From positions 18,290,001-18,354,000 of the forward strand of contig CM022671.1 of the NCBI GenBank assembly GCA_012295275.1: a stretch of DNA of 64,000 bases, written 5' to 3'. Both the position numbers and the translations under genes were made by a program. This document shows positions 39,870 through 52,653 of this stretch, piece after piece. The stretch's first letter is position 1; the number at the start of each line of letters is the position of its first letter. This stretch comes from Chrysomallon squamiferum. Lineage: Eukaryota > Animalia > Mollusca. The notes beneath the pieces were generated by a model. It was given only the letters and a program-made list of their open reading frames with translations, was not told where the DNA came from and searched no databases.

Positions 39870-41850
39870 GATAGTGTCTGCAGTACTAATAAAGAATAGT
39901 GAATGATGTCTGTAGTGTTAGTAAAAATGGGAAATGATGTCTGTAGTGTTAGTAAAAAATAGAGAATGATGTCTGTAGTGATAGTAAAGAGTAGTGAATG
40001 ATGTCTGTAGTGATAGTAAAGAATAGGTGAATGATGTCTGTAGTGTTTTGTTAATAGTGAATGATGTCTGTAGTGTTAGTAAAGCATAGTGAATGATGCC
40101 TCTAGTATTAGTAAAGAATAGTGAATTATGTCTGTAGTGTTAGTAAAGAATAGTGAATGATGTATGTAGTGTTAGTAAAGAATAGTGAATGATGTATGTA
40201 GTGTTAGTAAAGAATAGTGAATGATGTCTGTAGTGTTAGTAAAGAATAGTGAATGATGTATGTAGTGTTAGTAAAGAATAGTGAATGATGTCTGTAGTGT
40301 TAGTAAAGCATAGTGAATGATGCCTCTAGTATTAGTAAAGAATAGTGAATTATGTCTGTAGTGTTAGTAAAGAATAGTGAATGATGTCTGTAGTGTTAGT
40401 AAACAATAGTGAATGATGTCTGTAGTGATAATAAAGAATAGTGAATGATGTATGTAGTGTTAGTAAAGAATAGTGAATGATGCCTCTAGTATTAGTAAAG
40501 AATAGTGAATTATGTCTGTAGTGTTAATAAACAATAGTGAATGATGTCTGTAGTGTTAGTAAACAATAGTGAATGATGTCTGCAGAGTTAGTAAAGAATA
40601 GTGAATGATGTTTGTAGTGTTAATAAACAATAGTGAATGATGTCTGTAGTGTTAGTAAAGCATAGTGAATGATGCCTCTAGTATTAGTAAAGAATAGTGA
40701 ATTATGTCTGTAGTGTTAGTAAAGAATAGTGAATGATGTCTGTAGTGTTAGTAAACAATAGTGAATGATGTCTGTAGTGATAATAAAGAATAGTGAATGA
40801 TGTATGTAGTGTTAGTAAAGAATAGTGAATGATGCCTCTAGTATTAGTAAAGAATAGTGAATTATGTCTGTAGTGTTAATAAACAATAGTGAATGATGTC
40901 TGTAGTGTTAGTAAACAATAGTGAATGATGTCTGCAGAGTTAATAAACAATAGTGAATGATGTTTGTAGTGTTAATAAACAATAGTGAATGATGTTTGTA
41001 GTGTTAATAAACAATAGTGAATGATGTTTGTAATGTTAGTAAAGAATAGTGAATGATGTCTGTAGTATTAGTAAAGAATAGTGAATGATGTCTGTAGTGT
41101 TAATACACAATAGTGAATGATGTATGTAGTGTTAGTAAACAATAGTGAATGATGTCTGCAGAGTTAGTAAAGAATAGTGAATGATGTTTGTAATGTTAGT
41201 AAAGAATAGTGAATGATGTCTGTAGTATTAGTAAAGAATAGTGAATGATGTCTGTAGTGTTAATACACAATAGTGAATGATGTCTGTAGTGTTAATAAAC
41301 AATAGTGAATGATGTCTGTAGTGTTAATAAACAATAGTGAATGATGTCTGTAGTGTTAATAAACAATAGTGAATGATGTATGTAGTGTTAGTAAAGAATA
41401 GTGAATGATGTCTGTAGTGTTAGTAAAGAATAGTGAATGATGTCTGTAGTGTTAGTAAACAATAGTGAATGATGTATGTAGTGTTAGTAAAGCATAGTGA
41501 ATGATGCCTGTAGTGTTAGTAAAGCATAGTGAATGATGCCTCTAGTGTTAATAAACAATAGTGAATGATGTCTGTAGTGTTAGTAAACAATAGTGAATGA
41601 TGTCTGTAGTGTTAGTAAAGCATAGTGAATGATGCCTCTAGTGTTAATAAACAATAGTGAATGATGTCTGTAGTGTTAGTAAACAATAGTGAATGATGTA
41701 TGTAGTGTTAGTAAACAATAGTGAATGATGTCTGTAGTGTTAGTAAACAATAGTGAATGATGTATGTAGTATTAGTAAAGAATAGTTAATTGTGTCTGTA
41801 GTGTTAGTAAAGAATAGTGAATGATGTCTGTAATTTTAGTTAAAAAAAAC
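39870..41850 (+). repeat. 32-bp minisatellite, ~61 copies (agaatagtgaatgatgtctgtagtgttagtaa)
   Basis: Period measured at 40211 to 40243; head-to-tail units with a small set of recurrent variants and degenerate edges. Confidence 0.98.
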
Positions 41851-42079
41851 AATGAATGATATCTGTAAGAGAACAGTTTATGATTATTAAAGAATATTTG
41901 CAATATTTGATGGACAGCCATGTTAAATAATATTTGCATTCTCTTCAAGTGTTTACAATTTATGCTAAGACTAAAGAAAAACCAATTCCGTTAATGGAAT
42001 ATTAAAAAGACTTTCTTCTTAACACTAAGTGAAAACTTTGAGTTAAACCTGTTCAAACTCGCAGTGATAGTTAATTGTT

Positions 42080-42300
42080 CGGGTGACAGTCGATGACAGG
42101 TTTTAGTCAGAGCTCTACTTAGAGGTGACAACTCCGGTTGAAAGCTGACGTCACTTGTGACGTCACTGAGAGACGAGGCGCAGATGCTGCTGTCATATAT
42201 GATAATGCACGTTCTCAAGGAATTCTTCGCTTGAATCTTTTTGTGTCTCAGTGTCGACGACAGTTGTAGTTGTGGAATGTAGAGCGTCACCTGGCGATCG
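42080..42300. promoter_or_regulatory. enhancer-like island with twin CRE sites, TGACAG motifs and a CTCF-like motif
   Basis: TGACGTCA at 42146-42153 and 42158-42165; TGACAG twice near 42084-42099; CTGTCA near 42190; gcgtcacctggcga at 42284. Confidence 0.4.
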
Positions 42301-44131
42301 TTTCAAGCGATGAATATCCCCTTCATTTTGACGACTTCAGAAGTCTGAAGTTCGAGAAGCGGAATGTGCCGAAACAGAATTCTCAAGTAGGCTTGAAGAA
42401 AAGGGTTATTGCAATAATGGCCTTGTAATTGTTGCTAATGGTCTTGTAGGCGAACGCAGATTTCAATTAATACTGCACCAATTTACAAAAACCGTGGCCT
42501 GGATTAAATGTTAATTTTGTAACATTATGGAATATTTTGCTTGAAATAACGTGCAATGCGGCATGTTTCGAGTTAATACGGTACAAATAAAATCTATATT
42601 GATTTGTAATGAGATTTTTTTTCTTTTTTTTTTTTTCTTTTTTTTGATTCTTTTTTGATTCTTTTTTTTTTTTTTTTTTTTTTTTAAGAAAAAGCTTTTA
42701 TGTTTTTATGTAACTTCTTATCAAAACGAAATGCTAATCCTTTCCAATCAGAAAAGAGAAATAAAACATCGCTTCAGTAATATCCGCTCATCTTAGTAAT
42801 GGACATATTTCCTTTTTCTAATGTTCTGTACTTTTATGCGTTAATTTAGGAGTTATTTCAGAATGAATTTGCTGGCAAAAATGTTGTAATATCAATGTTT
42901 GTGCAGTGATTGAAAATAATGTCATCTTAATGTTTATTTATTTATTTATTTATTTTATTTTGCAAGAAGAAAGTGTATATTTATATATAAACTTAGAAAA
43001 TCACACGTACGTACGTATGTAGGTAGGTAGAAGTTACGTATGCAGGTAGGTAAGTAGGTACAGAGGTACCTAAGTAAGTAAATGTGTGTGTAATGTTATA
43101 GGTTTTTTTTTATTTTATTTATTTATTTATTTATTTATTTATTATTATTATTATTATTTTTTTTATTATTAGACGATTAAATTTTTTTCAGACTAAATAC
43201 TGTTGTTGGATAACCAAAATGGCCGACAAACAAATCCTACAGAACAACATTTTAGTATTTCAATCCACTGAGAATAAAGCAAAACTGTTGATTATAAAAA
43301 TACATCAGCACGGTGCATGGACGCATACGTTTCCTAATAGACTGTTAATAAATGCACACATACATACATACACAATACACAGACACAAAGAGAAGATACT
43401 ACTTTTTCGTATTTTAGAATTTGGTGTGCGTGAAAAGAAAATAAATAAATAATTTTTAAATATTGTTTTTCTTAATTAAATATTTTGTTTTAAAATGTTT
43501 ATTTGTACAATTTTAGATTATTACTGTTTCGGCTAACTGATTTCAATCCAGATTATAATCGTTTTTCAACTACTTGTTAATTTTTTAATTATTTTTTTTC
43601 TATCCATTAATGTTTCTCTTTTTATTTATTATAATTTTTTTTTTTTTTTTTTTTTTAAACTCGCTCTTCAATCTTTCAGGGGAGATAATTCACGTAGACA
43701 ACTGTCCATTTATCGAAGACAAAAACGAGGCCGATGTAGAGGGCGCAATGATGCGACTAATGTTTACTAATTAATTGTTGCTGCTCGTTAGCTGTTGGCT
43801 TCTGGTAATTTGTCAGGGGAACGTACCGAATAAATCATCGTCAATAAATCGCGAGCAGGTCGTGGCGACTTCATTCTCGCTTTGCGCCGCCATTCTTTAC
43901 ACTGTAAGTGTCAAAAACGCGCTCGCTTATTGGATTTCGCCATCTCGCTCTGTCGCAGTTTCATGTCGCCTTTTCTGATTTGCTGCCCGCGGGGACAGGA
44001 ATAATAGCCAACGCTGGCTGCAGCGTTATCAATCAAGACGTCCAAATAAACTTTGAATATATCTGAGTTATCTGCCATGTCTTGTCATCCGGGTCATCGC
44101 AGATTCCAGAGAAAGAAAGAGAAGAGAGAAG

Positions 44132-44165
<34 letters not shown>

Positions 44166-44394
44166 AAAAGAAAAACGGCTCTATGAAACTGTGACGTGAT
44201 TCCGGACTGTAATAGAGACAGTGAGGCGATAATGTTTTAATTACGTTACTAAGAAACTGACGACATTAACACGTCAGTTTTAAGCAGTGTAAAACGAAAA
44301 CAAATTACGAACAGTCAAAGCGGAGGATCACGCGCTTTATCCTCTTTCCTAGAGATAATCAATGGCGCTTTGATAAAATAAAATTTGAAAAAAG

Positions 44395-44430
<36 letters not shown>

Positions 44431-44530
44431 TCGTAAACAAAACTGGGAGCCGAGTCTGAAGAAAAGAAATAGACTTGATCGAAAACTGTTTGATGATTTA
44501 TTGATCTGTAACTTTCCGAAGATGACGTAA

Positions 44531-44573
<43 letters not shown>

Positions 44574-44663
44574 ATTTTTATTTATATTATTGAAATTGAC
44601 GGATAAAAAATGCTGATGACAATAATAAAAATGATATAGCAAAAAAACAATTAGCAGTAATGA

Positions 44664-44721
<58 letters not shown>

Positions 44722-44976
44722 TTTATATTTTTAAATGCAAAATCCCAGATGAAAATAAAACAAATTAAATACAAAAGGGATATACAAATTCGAACAAATA
44801 AGGAAATAATAATAAGAATATTATTAATAACAATAATAACAACTACAACAGTAACAACAACAGCAACAATAGTGACAACAATAATAAAGATAAAAAACCA
44901 CAGTAATAACAACAAAAATAATAATAATAGTAAAAATAACAGTAATTATAATAATGATTTTAATAATATTAATAAC

Positions 44977-45036
<60 letters not shown>
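44977..45036. repeat. perfect 60-bp palindrome (AAT)10(ATT)10
   Basis: (AAT)10 at 44977-45006 directly abuts (ATT)13 at 45007-45045. Confidence 0.95.
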
Positions 45037-45048
<12 letters not shown>

Positions 45049-45140
45049 ACAAACAAAATAAAATAATCTGACCAAAGACCATATATTTATTTATTTTTTT
45101 ACGTTAGGTTATTTGGTTTTATACTTGCTTGGATGCTTTG

Positions 45141-45223
<83 letters not shown>

Positions 45224-45649
45224 TATTATTATTAGTTTTTGCAACAAATTTTGCAAAATTCTTACCGATGCCGATGTTCGTCTTATTCGGTCGGTAATCG
45301 GGACATATCGATTGCCGCTGGTAACTGTAAATATACCACAGCGTCTTGAAGCTAGGATTTCCAATTTCTTATTTGTGTGGCTCATCCAATTTAAGAGAAA
45401 AGAAGAACTGGTGCCGGGTCAGGCTGGCTGCCTAAGCAGATAACGAATCAGTCCTTTGCTTGACAAGATACCAACGTGTAAAGCGTCTCTGAACGTCATT
45501 TCCACTGTTTAGTAGCTGTAAAAAAACCATGAAACCGTGAAGCTAATTTCATACAAGAAATCTTGTGTAATAAGAATGTTGATTAAATACTGCGAGTTAT
45601 AATGAAACTTTAGTTATTATTAATTTATTTGTGTGTGTGTATGTATTTG

Positions 45650-45685
<36 letters not shown>

Positions 45686-45695
45686 AGTGTGTGTA

Positions 45696-45730
<35 letters not shown>

Positions 45731-45839
45731 GAGAGTGTGTATTTCTATTTATATATATTGTTGTCGTTCGTTTATTCCTTATCATTTCTAGTTTTAAATT
45801 GATTCGTTTATCTTAATAGTTATAAATGAATTTATGATC

Positions 45840-45877
<38 letters not shown>

Positions 45878-45959
45878 GTTATAATGTTGTGTTTTCTTTT
45901 TAAATACTGCGGGTCAAAAATATCTTTAGCTTTTCGAATTTTTGTAACAACAACAAAAC

Positions 45960-46011
<52 letters not shown>

Positions 46012-46469
46012 CAATAACAATTGTAATAATAACACCGTCTTAATTACGATGTTGGTAATGACGACAACAATAAAACTGTCAAATAAAAACCAAGAATAAA
46101 ATATATATATATATACATTAATAAAATTAAGACCAGACAAAACCTGACAGACATTTAACGGACACGAGGACAAGAGGACAAACAGATGCAGGGCACTGAT
46201 CAGCGAGTTATTTAATTTACTCTTCTTTTGAGACGTCGACTCGACTGTGAGATAGGCATCGGGAAGTCAGAATAAATAAAGACTTGCTAAAGAGAAAATT
46301 TACTCCCGAAGGAAACTTGCCAAGATTTTCATCGATCAGAGGACAGAACACTGTGGCAGTGACAAAGATATTCTTTGATTTCTTGTCCGAGATTTAAATT
46401 AAATAATATCGATCACGTATTGACTGCTTTGAACTCAATCATTGTTTGCAGTTCCTGCAAATATATTTT

Positions 46470-46620
46470 GGCAGCCGACGTCTCTAAGGGCAACGTTATC
46501 CCGCTCCCTTCTTTCGGCCGCCATCTTGGTTCGATATTGCGGTCCGGTGTCGGCGAGTTTTTTTTTTTTTTTTTCTTTTCATTTGGTAATAAAGTGTTGA
46601 TCGCGCGGCGGCCGAGCTAC
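46470..46620. promoter_or_regulatory. CpG-rich island with an RFX X-box-like site and a perfect YY1/Pho consensus
   Basis: GTCTCT-AAG-GGCAAC at 46480-46494; GCCGCCATCTTG at 46517-46528; gatcgcgcggcggccg near 46599. Confidence 0.45.
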
Positions 46621-47139
46621 TTTATTTGAGTATTTCATGAAATTTGACAGCTCGTTTTCTTCCAAGAAATAAGCCATAAACTGAACGTGTTTTTTGCATT
46701 AAAGCTTTTTGGTCTAAGAGAAACGCATATCGTACGAAACACAGAAGAAAAGAAAGCTCCATTTTTTTTCATTTTTTTTTTTTTTTTTTTTTTATAAACA
46801 GCGTAGGCTAAGAATAATTACGAAGGGGAAAAAGAATTCGTGACAAAGTCAAATTGCAAAGCTGATATTGAAATGGACAGTTTTGTTAGCCATAACGAAT
46901 GGAATTACTTTATAGGACAAATATGAAAGAAAATGATTGCTTTCTATTTTGAAAAAAATAAAAAATAAATAAAAAATCTCTTTTGAGTGGATTTATGAAG
47001 ATGATAAAGAGATGAACCAATCAGAATTCTCATGACATGACTTTAATTATTTTCCTTTTTTCACTCTTGTTTTTTCTTATTTAATTCAAAGTTACTATTT
47101 TTTCGTTCGTTTGTTTTTATTATCATTATTAATTTTTTG

Positions 47140-47189
<50 letters not shown>

Positions 47190-47779
47190 GTTAATACTGT
47201 CCTTATTATTACCATTAGCATCATCATTATAATTATTATTACTATTAACACTATTATTACTTAAAAGCAAAAGAAGATAAGTTAAAATGGAAGAACGAAA
47301 AGAGAAATTAATTTACAGAAAAAACAAAGATATAAATAAACGAATAATTAACGAACAGAAGAGAACCTGATGAATGCATGGATTAACAAACATTCAGATA
47401 ATAAACAAATGAACGAATTTACGAAAAAAAAAAAAACAAACGGACAGAAGAGAAAAAAACAGGACGACGAATGCATGGATGGACAACGACACAGATGAAG
47501 AATAAATAAATAAAGGAACTGTAGATAAAAGTGAAGGATGAGCATGTTAATGAATGAGTCGAGGGGTGGGAGATCTGGGTGATATCTGTTGTTTAATTTA
47601 CTATGCAACGTGTCATACCTCGCTGGTGGTCTCTGGCAATTAAACTTTGATCCGTGAACGTTGATCAGATTACTGTTGTTTTTTAATTTAATGATAACAA
47701 AGCGTGGATATCCCAGAATTAATTCTAATTTGAGAATCCGTAACAAAAAAAAACGCAGACAACAGTGAAATAAATTAAA

Positions 47780-48165
47780 TTAAATAATAATTCTGTAGGA
47801 TAAAATGAGAAGCATGTCGAAAATAAGACATAAAACTGTAACATGAAACACAAAGAATACATAGTAACATAGTAAAATATAAATAATTCTGGAACATAAT
47901 AAAATACTAAAAATACTGAAATACGAATAATATTGTAACATAATAAAAAACAAACAAATAATACTGTAACATAATAAAACACTTATAGCACTGAAACATA
48001 ATTAAATACAAATAATATTGTAACATAATGTAACACAAATGGTATTGCAGCATAATAAAACACAAATAATATTGTAACGTAATAAAACAGAAATGATACT
48101 GTAACTAAATAAAATATTTCTGTAACAAAAAATACAAATAATTCTGTAACATAATTTACATATAA
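47780..48165 (+). repeat. diverged 27-bp minisatellite (approx. aaataatactgtaacataataaaacac)
   Basis: tgtaacata-like anchors at 47965, 47992, 48019, 48046, 48073 and 48100 (27-bp spacing). Confidence 0.88.
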
Positions 48166-48194
48166 CAAGATTTATTCAGTATTGAAACCACAAA

Positions 48195-48226
<32 letters not shown>

Positions 48227-49494
48227 AGAAAGAGTTTCGTTACTCTGATAAGATCCTAATATATTGTCTTATCACACGGCCACCGATGCAAAACTAAAAT
48301 TCTCTAAATGGGACAGCGGTAAACAGAGGTGTTAAAACGAATTATCCAGCATCAGCGACCCGCTTTAGATCAAACTCTTGATCAATGTCTTTGCAAATAT
48401 TTATTTATTTGTTTAATTGCTTGTTTGTTTAATCTATTTAGTTTATTTATTTAGTTTATTGTATTTATTTATTGTATTTATTTAGTTAGTTATTTCTGTA
48501 TTTGACCGTTCATTACTTTAATTGTTTGTTTTAAATATTTAATTTTTTAATTATTATTATTATTATTGTTATTGTTGTTGTTGTTGTTGTTATTTATTTA
48601 TTTATTTATTTACGAAGCCGGCAGATAATGTTTATTGCTTACAAAACCTACTTATATTTATATTATAATTTGATAGTTTGCTGTGGTTTATGTAATTCTG
48701 AGCATGCGTATTTTACATACAATGCCAACAAATCATCTTTCTTGTGTTTTTTTTTGAGAGACAAAACAAACATGACATAATTTCCATTGTTAGAATAATT
48801 CTTAGAAACGTTCAAATGATAAAAAAAAAAAAAAATCAATATGCCGAGGAATTTTTGAACAGAAAGAGAGAAAAGCAAAACAGGACATAAAAAAAAAAAA
48901 AAAAACTAAAAGTACACTGTTTTCAGAAAGCGTTATGAAAATATTACATACAAAAATACACATCTGACTGTTTACGAGTTCGGGAGCCGTTGACTAAATG
49001 AGCTGTGTCTGTTTGTAGTCAGTGATGCGGATAAAAAAAGAGCTTGTTGTTTACAGCCCCTTTTTTTTCTTTTTTTATTATCTCCCCTGAACTTAACGAC
49101 CAGTTTATCTATTACGTATCAACTGCGCATGTGCAAAAGTAAACACATTTTTAGGAATTATTCGAGTCTTTCTGATTTTCCTGAAAAACTGTTTTCTTTC
49201 GTGAAAATTGATAATAATAATAATAAAGGGGAAATAAATAAATAAAAAAAAAAAGATAGAAAGAAAGTTAAAAGAAAAAAAAAAGTCGTTTATAACGAAC
49301 GTATGCAGAAAAGTGTTTTTGAGAAGAAAAACCTTTTTTAATTTTGAGAGCTATATATGTGGTTTTCTACGTTATTTTTGTCTTTTCGCAGAAGTATGTT
49401 TTGAAACCAAAGACACCGTTAATTATTTGTTCGCATGTTGATATTTAAACCATACAACAAAATACTATATTTCCCAAAACATAAAGCAAAAAGG

Positions 49495-49612
<118 letters not shown>

Positions 49613-50034
49613 CAACAACATGAGAAACAACAGACAAACGTATTTGGAGAGTGCTGAGTTGGGTATGACAAGAAAAGATGACTGTTTTGAGAGATATTAT
49701 CTTCCTGAATGATTTTGTAATTTTATGTTTTCCAAACCAATGAATTCGTCAAGAAATTAAAATGTCCTCTTGAGAGGAAAAAAAAGAAAGTAATATAATA
49801 AAATAAAATAAAAATTTTAAAAAAGAGAGGAAATGGAATTTTTTTTCTATTTCCTTTCTTTTTCATTATATTATTTTTGACGTGCTTGAAAAAAGTGTTA
49901 GCTATTCGATAACAAATATTGTTCTTTTTGTTGTTGTTGTTATTTTTTCTTCTTCTTTTTCTTATAATAATAATAATAATAATTATAGAGGACAAACTGA
50001 TGACAAGATACGATCGTTCGGCCATCAAGACAAG

Positions 50035-50108
<74 letters not shown>

Positions 50109-50218
50109 ATGTATGTTTGTATGTAGTTTAGGATTTTCAATATTCTGTGTCTTATGTATACGTCTGAATAGACTCTGCATTTAGTCAATATTCGGGAACG
50201 CATTGGCACAGTAGGACA

Positions 50219-50333
50219 AAGTCCAATCACGACCTCACAAACCCGTCAGATGCCGCTGACGAGACTCGAACGTATGGCGCCCATTCGCGCACACCCCGAA
50301 GGCCGACGATGTTTACCGGCCACCTAGACAACC
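50219..50333 (-). mobile_element. tRNA-like short interspersed element head, copy 2
   Basis: Minus strand reads ggttgtctaggtggccggtaaac...gcgccatacGTTCGAGTCtcgtcagcggcatctga...gtgattggactt, homologous to 21897-22006. Confidence 0.6.
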
Positions 50334-51336
50334 TTATGTATGTATGTATGTATGTATGTATGTATGTATGTATGTATGTATGTCTCTATCTATCAATCTG
50401 TCTATCTAAATTTATAATTATTTGCATTCTTGTGTGGTGGCTTTGCAAGTAGCAATGTTTTTGTTTTGGAGGTGTGTGTCTTTTAGTATGCAATTATTTT
50501 AGAATAATTTTCTGAGACAGTGTGCCTGTATGTGTGTATGTGTGTATGTATGCCCAGGCTTGGTCGTTAAGAAAACAGTCCATCTTCAAAATATTTACAT
50601 CACAACAGACGCATAAATGAACGGACAGTCAGATGGCAAAAACGTTTAGTTTCCTTATTCCACCTTCACTGGTCCGAGACACGTTTTTTACACATTTGTA
50701 CACGCAAATACATTTCACTCCTGTGAGCACTCGTGTTTTGTTCCTTTATTTTATTTGTATATGTACAGTTTGCGATAAAATGCTTGCTCATGCGTACTTC
50801 TGTACATATATTTATTTGTATACGTGTGTTCAGTTGGGTAAACGTGTCCGCTAGGTTTTTGTATCGTCAAGAAAATATTTTAGTACAGCTACTTGTATCA
50901 GGTTTTCGTCTTCCGCGATCATTTCAAAGAACTCGCTGTTTGTTTGGACATGCCCGAAGTGTGTGTTGGGGAAAGCGTAAAGTTTTTCTCGTCTTTAGAA
51001 TAATAATAATAATAATAATAATATTAATAATAATAATAATTAGTGGTAGTAGTAGTAATAGCAGTAGCAGCAGGAGCAGTAGTAGTAGTAATAATAATAA
51101 TAATAGCTTTAGCAGGACTAGCAGAGTGGAAGTAGTAGTAATACCTGTAGTGGTAGTAGGAACAATGGTAGTAGTAATAATAATAGTATAGAAGTAGCAG
51201 CAGGAGTAGCAGTAGTGATGGTGGTGGTGGTAGTAGTTGTATTGGTGTTGATTCTTCTTACTGTTGTTATTGTTTAATTTTTGTAAATGTTGTTATTTAT
51301 TTCTTTTTATTTTTCTTCTTCTTCTTCTTCTTCTTC

Positions 51337-51367
<31 letters not shown>

Positions 51368-51406
51368 TATTATTATTATTATTGTTATTATTATTATTAT
51401 TATTAT

Positions 51407-51439
<33 letters not shown>

Positions 51440-52376
51440 AACTATAGCTACAATGTCTACTACTGCTGCTACTATTATTATTGTTATGTTACCACTGTTA
51501 CAAGTACTACTACTGCAACTACTACTACTACCACTACTACTATTATTATTATTATTATTATTATTAATCAAACACGTTAAGAAAGTACAAACGTTAAAAC
51601 AATATTTTACAAGTCTGATTATTTAAAGTTAGGAACGGACGGTAAAGGTACAAAGTCTAAACACAAAAAATATTCCTAAATAGAAAGCATAAAACATTTT
51701 ATTTCAGGACGAAAAACGCAGAAGAAAGCACGAGAAAAGTATCTCGAAAAGAATGCAATGTTGCGTTGAAATTGCTTTGAAAAGAAAGATACACTTGTGA
51801 ATCCAGAAATGAACTGGCTTCTTTTGCCTCCCTGTACTGTCAAAATTATTTTTTGTTGGTATTGTTTTGTTTTTTAATTTTTGCTGTTTTCTTCATAAAA
51901 ATCATAAAGATCCTATTTTCGAAATAATTATGGTTTAACTCTCTTTTTGCAATTACGGCTCAGCCCCTAAAATAAGTACTATCTAACCAGAACAACATTA
52001 ATAATGTCTTATCAACATGAATTCAGATATATCTTCAGAAATAGGTAATATATTTTCTGCTGGAGTTTTTCTTCGTTTTCTGTCAAAATACTGATATGTA
52101 ATTTTTTTTTTTTTTGTACTCCTAATTAGTGTTGGATGTTATTTTGCATCTGTTGATTTTTTGTTTTTTGGAATTTTTTTCTTTGTTTTTCTAGATGTTC
52201 CGTCATTAAACTGTTAAGTGCAAAAATGTCATAGATTTTTATTTATAAACAAAATAAATAATAAACAAGACGAAAACGGAGGAGATGCAAAGTTCTCACT
52301 ACATTCTTGAGATGTTTTAATTTTTATATTTTTTTTACTTTTCGGTTATTTATCATGGGTTTTGAAACTTGTGTAT

Positions 52377-52411
<35 letters not shown>

Positions 52412-52529
52412 AAATTACATCTAAAAAGTATGTCTCTGTATGTGTACGAACGTAATAAGTAAGTATATAGCAGATAAATATATTAGTATGTTTATTAAAC
52501 GTATGAATGTTTGCATATTTACGAGTGAA

Positions 52530-52653
<124 letters not shown>

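Noticed and set aside
39870-41850. CRISPR-like array (32-bp repeats)
   Set aside because: Units are head-to-tail with no unique spacers, there are no cas genes, and the context is eukaryotic; it is a minisatellite.
42273-42281. miR-1-like TGGAATGTA
   Set aside because: Only 9 nt match and there is no precursor hairpin.
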